From assembly GCA_022447165.1 (NCBI GenBank), contig JAKVBR010000002.1, positions 1 to 38,587 on the forward strand: a stretch of 38,587 nt of DNA, written 5' to 3'. How positions within the stretch are numbered: the first letter of the stretch is position 1; every line of letters starts with the position of its first letter. A program made the translations under genes and the position numbers. Under the pieces are notes generated by a model. That model saw only the letters and a program-made list of their open reading frames with translations. It did no database searches and was not told the origin of the DNA. Origin of the DNA: Phycisphaerales bacterium. GTDB taxonomy: Bacteria; Planctomycetota; Phycisphaerae; Phycisphaerales; SM1A02. This document shows, in pieces, positions 35,015 through 38,587 of the stretch.

Positions 35015-36436
35015 TTATTCCTGTTCAGTTACTGCTGCTTCAGTTTGTTCATCAGTTACTGCTACTTCAGTTTGTTCATCAGTTGCAGGTGCTTCTTCCG
35101 CTTCAGTTGCATCATCTGATGTCTCAGCTGCATCGTCACCAAAATTCAGAATTGAATCTGCTGCTGCCTCGCTGTTTTCATCAGTTGCTGCGAGGACCGC
35201 GTCTGCAGCTGCTTCTTCTTCAGCACGCAGTGCTTCTTCAGCCAGTTTCGCTGCTTCTTGTTGAGCCGTCACTTCTTTCGAGCGCTCGATTGCTTGGTTA
35301 ATGATTCTGTCTGAAACTTGCTTTGGAATCTCAAGATCTTCTTCAAGAACATTTCGTCCGATTTCTTCAACATCGAAAATGCTGATGATGCCCATAGCCG
35401 CCATGCGATCAAGCATCTCTTCTTCAACACCTTCAACTGGCTTTAATGCATCCCATAAGATTTCAAGACCCTTCTGGTATTCTTCAGGAGTCAAAATGTC
35501 GATGTCCCAGCCGGTTAAACGCGCTGCAAGTCGAACGTTCTGACCTCGTCTACCAATTGCAAGTGACAACTGATCATCACGAACAATGATGGTTGCCCGA
35601 CCGAGCTCAAAACATAAACTCACATCATCGACTTCTGCTGGTTTGAGTGCATTTGAAATCAATACTTGGCTTGACTCGTTCCAGCGAACAATGTCGATTT
35701 TTTCGCCTCCAAGCTCTTCAACAATGTTGCGAATTCGCGAACCACGAACACCAACGCATGCGCCAACTGGGTCAACTTTTGAATCATTTGATGTGACCGC
35801 GATCTTTGTTCTAAAACCCGGTTCGCGTGACATCGCATGAATCTCGATGACATGCTCTTGGACTTCAGGGACTTCTGCTTCAAAGAGGCGACGAATAAAG
35901 TCATGGTGGCTACGAGACAAGACGATTTTAATCTGGCTACCAGTGTCGCGTACATCGATGATGTAACAACGAACTCTGTCGCCTGCTCTAAACTGCTCTC
36001 CAGGAATCTGCTCACTGCGAGGCATGAATCCCTCAACGCGACCGCCCTTGTCAAGTTGTACAATGAGTGAACCGCCCTCGTAACGGCTGCACGTGCCTGT
36101 GACGAGTTCGCCTGCTTTATCAATGTATTCATCAAAAATGCCCGAGCGTTCATCTTCTCTGAACCTTTGAATCATGACTTGTTTTGCTGTTTGCGCTGGA
36201 ATCCGGCCCAATTCTTCAAGCGGAACTTCCACAGCACCTTCATCTAAATGACGCCAAATGCAAATCTCGCCTGTAAGTGCGTCCATATTGCATGAAAACT
36301 CTTCTGTATCGAGCGAATTGAAATGCTTGCGCGCTGCACTGACCATCGCTTGCTCAAGGTCAGCAATGATGACCGATTTGTCAATCTTTCTCTGTTTTGC
36401 AATTGAGTCGATGAGGCGGATTGTTTCTTGATTCAT
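35015..36436 (-). CDS. nusA: Transcription termination/antitermination factor NusA with a repetitive acidic C-terminal tail
   Basis: N-terminal domain 'MNQETIRLIDSIAKQRKIDKSVIIADLEQAM', S1 domain 'GELVTGTCSRYEGGSLIVQL', and KH domains 'GACVGVRGSRIRNIVEELGGEKIDIV' and 'LAIGRRGQNVRLAARLTGWDIDI'. The tail ends '...ATDEQTEVAVTDEQTEAAVTEQE'. Confidence 0.95.
   Translation of the reverse strand: MNQETIRLIDSIAKQRKIDKSVIIADLEQAMVSAARKHFNSLDTEEFSCNMDALTGEICIWRHLDEGAVEVPLEELGRIPAQTAKQVMIQRFREDERSGIFDEYIDKAGELVTGTCSRYEGGSLIVQLDKGGRVEGFMPRSEQIPGEQFRAGDRVRCYIIDVRDTGSQIKIVLSRSHHDFIRRLFEAEVPEVQEHVIEIHAMSREPGFRTKIAVTSNDSKVDPVGACVGVRGSRIRNIVEELGGEKIDIVRWNESSQVLISNALKPAEVDDVSLCFELGRATIIVRDDQLSLAIGRRGQNVRLAARLTGWDIDILTPEEYQKGLEILWDALKPVEGVEEEMLDRMAAMGIISIFDVEEIGRNVLEEDLEIPKQVSDRIINQAIERSKEVTAQQEAAKLAEEALRAEEEAAADAVLAATDENSEAAADSILNFGDDAAETSDDATEAEEAPATDEQTEVAVTDEQTEAAVTEQE
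35028..35081. repeat. In-frame 27-bp tandem repeat (two units plus a partial third) at the 3' end of nusA
   Basis: Units 35028-35054 and 35055-35081 (GTTACTGCT(G/A)CTTCAGTTTGTTCATCA) differ at one base. They encode TDEQTE(A/V)AV. Confidence 0.85.
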
Positions 36437-36496
36437 GGATTCTTCCTATCTCTGTAATTGTTGAATTGTTTGATTGTTAAGTTATCTTTAGAAAAT

Positions 36497-36521
36497 AAAA
36501 AAGGGGCCGACAAGCGGTCCC
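36497..36521 (-). terminator. Intrinsic terminator-like hairpin oriented on the minus strand, ~60 nt upstream of the nusA start
   Basis: The minus strand reads GGGACCG-CTTGT-CGGCCCC followed by TTTTTTATTTTCT. The stem is GC-rich with one A.C mismatch. No CDS lies upstream of it on the minus strand. Confidence 0.5.
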
Positions 36522-36800
36522 GTGGTCAGGTAACTGACGGGTGTCATACGACACAATCGATCTACGCACTTCGCTCAGATCACGCCCTATGCTCCTGGCA
36601 TTGTTGCCATTCATGGAGACACGTGGCCACGGGATGACTGCGATTAGCAGTCATGGTTTACTTGTTGTAAGGATCCAGTTTGGATCATTACATCACTCCT
36701 TTCACAGTGAAACGGGTTGGCAGCAACCAGTTTGCTGCCTTGAAACGGTACAGGGTACGCGTAGTGGCAATAAAACGCAACTCACTGACGTCAAGTACCC
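36522..36800 (-). ncRNA. Candidate structured RNA / nusA leader (hairpin-dense non-coding region, strand uncertain)
   Basis: Perfect inverted repeats lie at 36525-36538 (5 bp), 36541-36554 (5 bp), 36634-36654 (8 bp), 36672-36686 (6 bp) and 36719-36739 (8 bp). GGGTAC/GTACCC at 36753-58 and 36795-800 closes a longer imperfect hairpin. A CGTGGCCACG palindrome lies at 36622-36631. I found no credible ORF and no match by eye to RNase P, tmRNA, SRP or tRNA consensus. Confidence 0.3.
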
Positions 36801-36815
36801 TCTATAATTAACGGA

Positions 36816-38587
36816 ATGCAACCTTTAAAAACGCTATTTTTAGTCCTGCTATCGCTGTTTTTGCCAAATTGCCTTTTTGGGCAGCAAGGCAATTTCCATG
36901 ATTCAAGGGACAAAGTCACGGTTTCTACGATGCTCGACCAATCCCAGGTCCCGCAAGGTGGAGATGCCATACTTGCAGTCATCCTAGAACACGAGGACAC
37001 ATGGCATGCCCACACAAACAACCCCGTCGTGCCAGCAGAACTTGGCTCAGCAGAAGATTACATTGCGACCAAACTTCACTTCGACATTCCTGATAGCACA
37101 GGTGTCACCATTCATGATGGTTTTATTCAGTGGCCAAAACCCCATACAGTCAATGTTGGATTCGGTAGTTCCCCAGTTGACTACGAAGTGTTCGATGGCA
37201 CAGCCATCATTTATGTTCCACTGACTGTCGATTCAGATGCCACACTTGGCAACATCACCATCAACTTGAAACCCGTGTTCCAAGTGTGCGATGACTCAAG
37301 TTGTATGCGTCCAACTCCAAAACCAGGTGATGGAAGCAGATGGGATGATTATGGGTATCCAATTGAAATTGAAGTGATTGCATCAGATGAAGCAGGCAAT
37401 GCAGCATTGCAAACACATCCCGTGTTTAACTCTTTTGACAGTTCCGTCTTTGCTCGCATTCATGCAGGTGAAAAAGGTGCTGAGGAACACATCGTGGCCT
37501 TTGATGCGTTCGGATTGAAATTTTCAATCGACACAAGGGGCATTGGAGGATTGTATTTGCTACTACTCGTTGCAATGGGTGGCGGTTTCTTGCTCAACCT
37601 AACACCATGTGTGCTTCCTGTGATTCCAATCAAAATCATGGGGCTCAGTGCTGGCGCACAAAGTCGCGCAAAAACACTACTGCTTGGCTTCTGGATGATG
37701 CTTGGCGTGATGTCCCTATGGCTCGCAATCGGTTTTGCCATTGCGGGTATCAGTTCGTTTTCTGCAATCAATCAGTTGTTCCAATATCCATCATTTACGA
37801 TTTGCTTAGGGCTATTCATTGGCATCATGGCGATTGGCATGGGCGGACTCTTTACGATTCGTTTGCCTAATGCCGTCTATAAAGTCAATCCAAAGCATGA
37901 TTCTGTGCTTGGTTCATTTTTGTTTGGCATGATGACTGCAGTACTTTCTACACCATGTACTGCTCCATTTATGGGTGCTGCTGCTGCATGGGCAGCAAAA
38001 CAAGAGCAATGGCTCACGCTGACAGTGTTCGGCGCTATTGGATTTGGCATGGCAGTGCCCTACCTCGTTCTTGCGGCATTCCCAAAACTCGTTGAGAAAA
38101 TGCCAAGAGCAGGCGAAGCAAGTGAACTCATTAAACAAGTCATGGGGCTGTTGATGCTCGCTGCGGCTGCATACTTTGTAGGTGTCGGATTCAGCGGTAT
38201 TTTTCAGCAAGAAGGCTCGCCACCCACTCGCATGTACCTGTGGCTTGTCGTGTTCTGTGTTGCTGCTTCTGGCGTTTGGTTATGTATACGAACGCTTAAG
38301 ATTGCAAAACGAAATGGTCCAAAACTAGTTTTTGCTTCAATCGGTACATTGCTTGCAGTTGCTTCGATTGCAACTGGCTTCCAACTCACCGATAAGGGAC
38401 CAATTGACTGGAACTACTACACGCCAGAAGTTCTTCAAAGTGAAATTGACAGCAATCATGTCACTGTGATTGAATTCACTGCAGAATGGTGCTTGAATTG
38501 CAAACTCCTTGAGAACACTGTCCTCAACCAACAAGAGATTGTTGAACTCTTCAAACAAGAAGATGTCACGCCAATCAAAGTCGACTT
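36816..38587 (+). CDS. dsbD: Thiol:disulfide interchange protein DsbD (N-terminal alpha domain, CcdA-type membrane core, C-terminal thioredoxin domain), 3' partial
   Basis: This gene is absent from the ORF track because it runs off the window. I translated frame 3 by hand from ATG 36816 and found no stop through 38587. Signal peptide 'MQPLKTLFLVLLSLFLPNCLFG', alpha-domain Cys pair 'FQVCDDSSCMRP', membrane motifs 'LNLTPCVLPVIP' and 'LSTPCTAPFMG', thioredoxin motif 'FTAEWCLNCK'. Confidence 0.85.
   Translation, partial: MQPLKTLFLVLLSLFLPNCLFGQQGNFHDSRDKVTVSTMLDQSQVPQGGDAILAVILEHEDTWHAHTNNPVVPAELGSAEDYIATKLHFDIPDSTGVTIHDGFIQWPKPHTVNVGFGSSPVDYEVFDGTAIIYVPLTVDSDATLGNITINLKPVFQVCDDSSCMRPTPKPGDGSRWDDYGYPIEIEVIASDEAGNAALQTHPVFNSFDSSVFARIHAGEKGAEEHIVAFDAFGLKFSIDTRGIGGLYLLLLVAMGGGFLLNLTPCVLPVIPIKIMGLSAGAQSRAKTLLLGFWMMLGVMSLWLAIGFAIAGISSFSAINQLFQYPSFTICLGLFIGIMAIGMGGLFTIRLPNAVYKVNPKHDSVLGSFLFGMMTAVLSTPCTAPFMGAAAAWAAKQEQWLTLTVFGAIGFGMAVPYLVLAAFPKLVEKMPRAGEASELIKQVMGLLMLAAAAYFVGVGFSGIFQQEGSPPTRMYLWLVVFCVAASGVWLCIRTLKIAKRNGPKLVFASIGTLLAVASIATGFQLTDKGPIDWNYYTPEVLQSEIDSNHVTVIEFTAEWCLNCKLLENTVLNQQEIVELFKQEDVTPIKVD

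Noticed and set aside
35659-36153. 164-aa alternative-frame ORF on the minus strand inside nusA. The same class includes long antisense or alternative ORFs at 12353..12721, 13548..13925, 16557..17018, 17405..17836, 20177..20587, 23156..23572, 24375..24869 and 24610..25020.
   Set aside because: Each lies wholly inside a strongly supported CDS with clear family motifs. None shows motifs or start signals of its own.
36541-36807. 88-aa + strand ORF in the nusA-dsbD intergenic region.
   Set aside because: It has no SD and a random-looking composition, and it is made up almost entirely of the inverted-repeat hairpins. I also checked whether the region could be a decayed rimP and saw no RimP-like frame on the minus strand.

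Overview
This 38.6-kb window is bacterial chromosome, densely packed and dominated by core translation and transcription genes. I support 39 protein-coding genes (two of them partial at the window edges) and one tRNA-Lys(UUU).

**Core operons**
- rpsO-pnp
- rpmI-rplT
- rpsP-trmD-rplS
- nusA-infB-rbfA
- prfB, with its programmed +1 frameshift, which I located by hand

**Metabolic and other housekeeping genes:** serA, an AspAT-type aminotransferase, ndk, ptsN, yebC, a XerC/D-type recombinase and dsbD, which is cut by the right edge.

**RNA and repeat features:** three hairpin terminators and two in-frame tandem repeats. I saw no CRISPR array, transposase, phage gene or recognisable defence island. 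A DUF1559 / H-X9-DG-like domain hints at a PVC (Planctomycetota-like) organism, but that is inference only.

**Items worth a second look**
1. A complete, catalytically intact type IIB topoisomerase operon (top6B-top6A) sits in this bacterial context.
2. Histone-H1-like poly-lysine tails recur on nucleic-acid proteins: the Top6B C-terminus, the Top6A N-terminus, the IF-2 N-terminal region, and an endonuclease-III-like (HhH-GPD-like) protein. That last protein occupies the slot after rbfA where truB usually sits.
3. A 380-bp non-coding gap between nusA and dsbD is packed with perfect short hairpins. It ends in a minus-strand intrinsic terminator just upstream of nusA, so it is a candidate attenuator or ncRNA.
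4. An SNF2 helicase and SWIM zinc-finger pair starts 20 nt after tRNA-Lys.
5. An ECF sigma/anti-sigma pair has a pseudopilin-like H-X9-DG ectodomain on the anti-sigma factor, next to a divergent site-2 protease.

Everything else looks like ordinary core genome. Functional calls rest on motifs read from the supplied translations. No database search was run.
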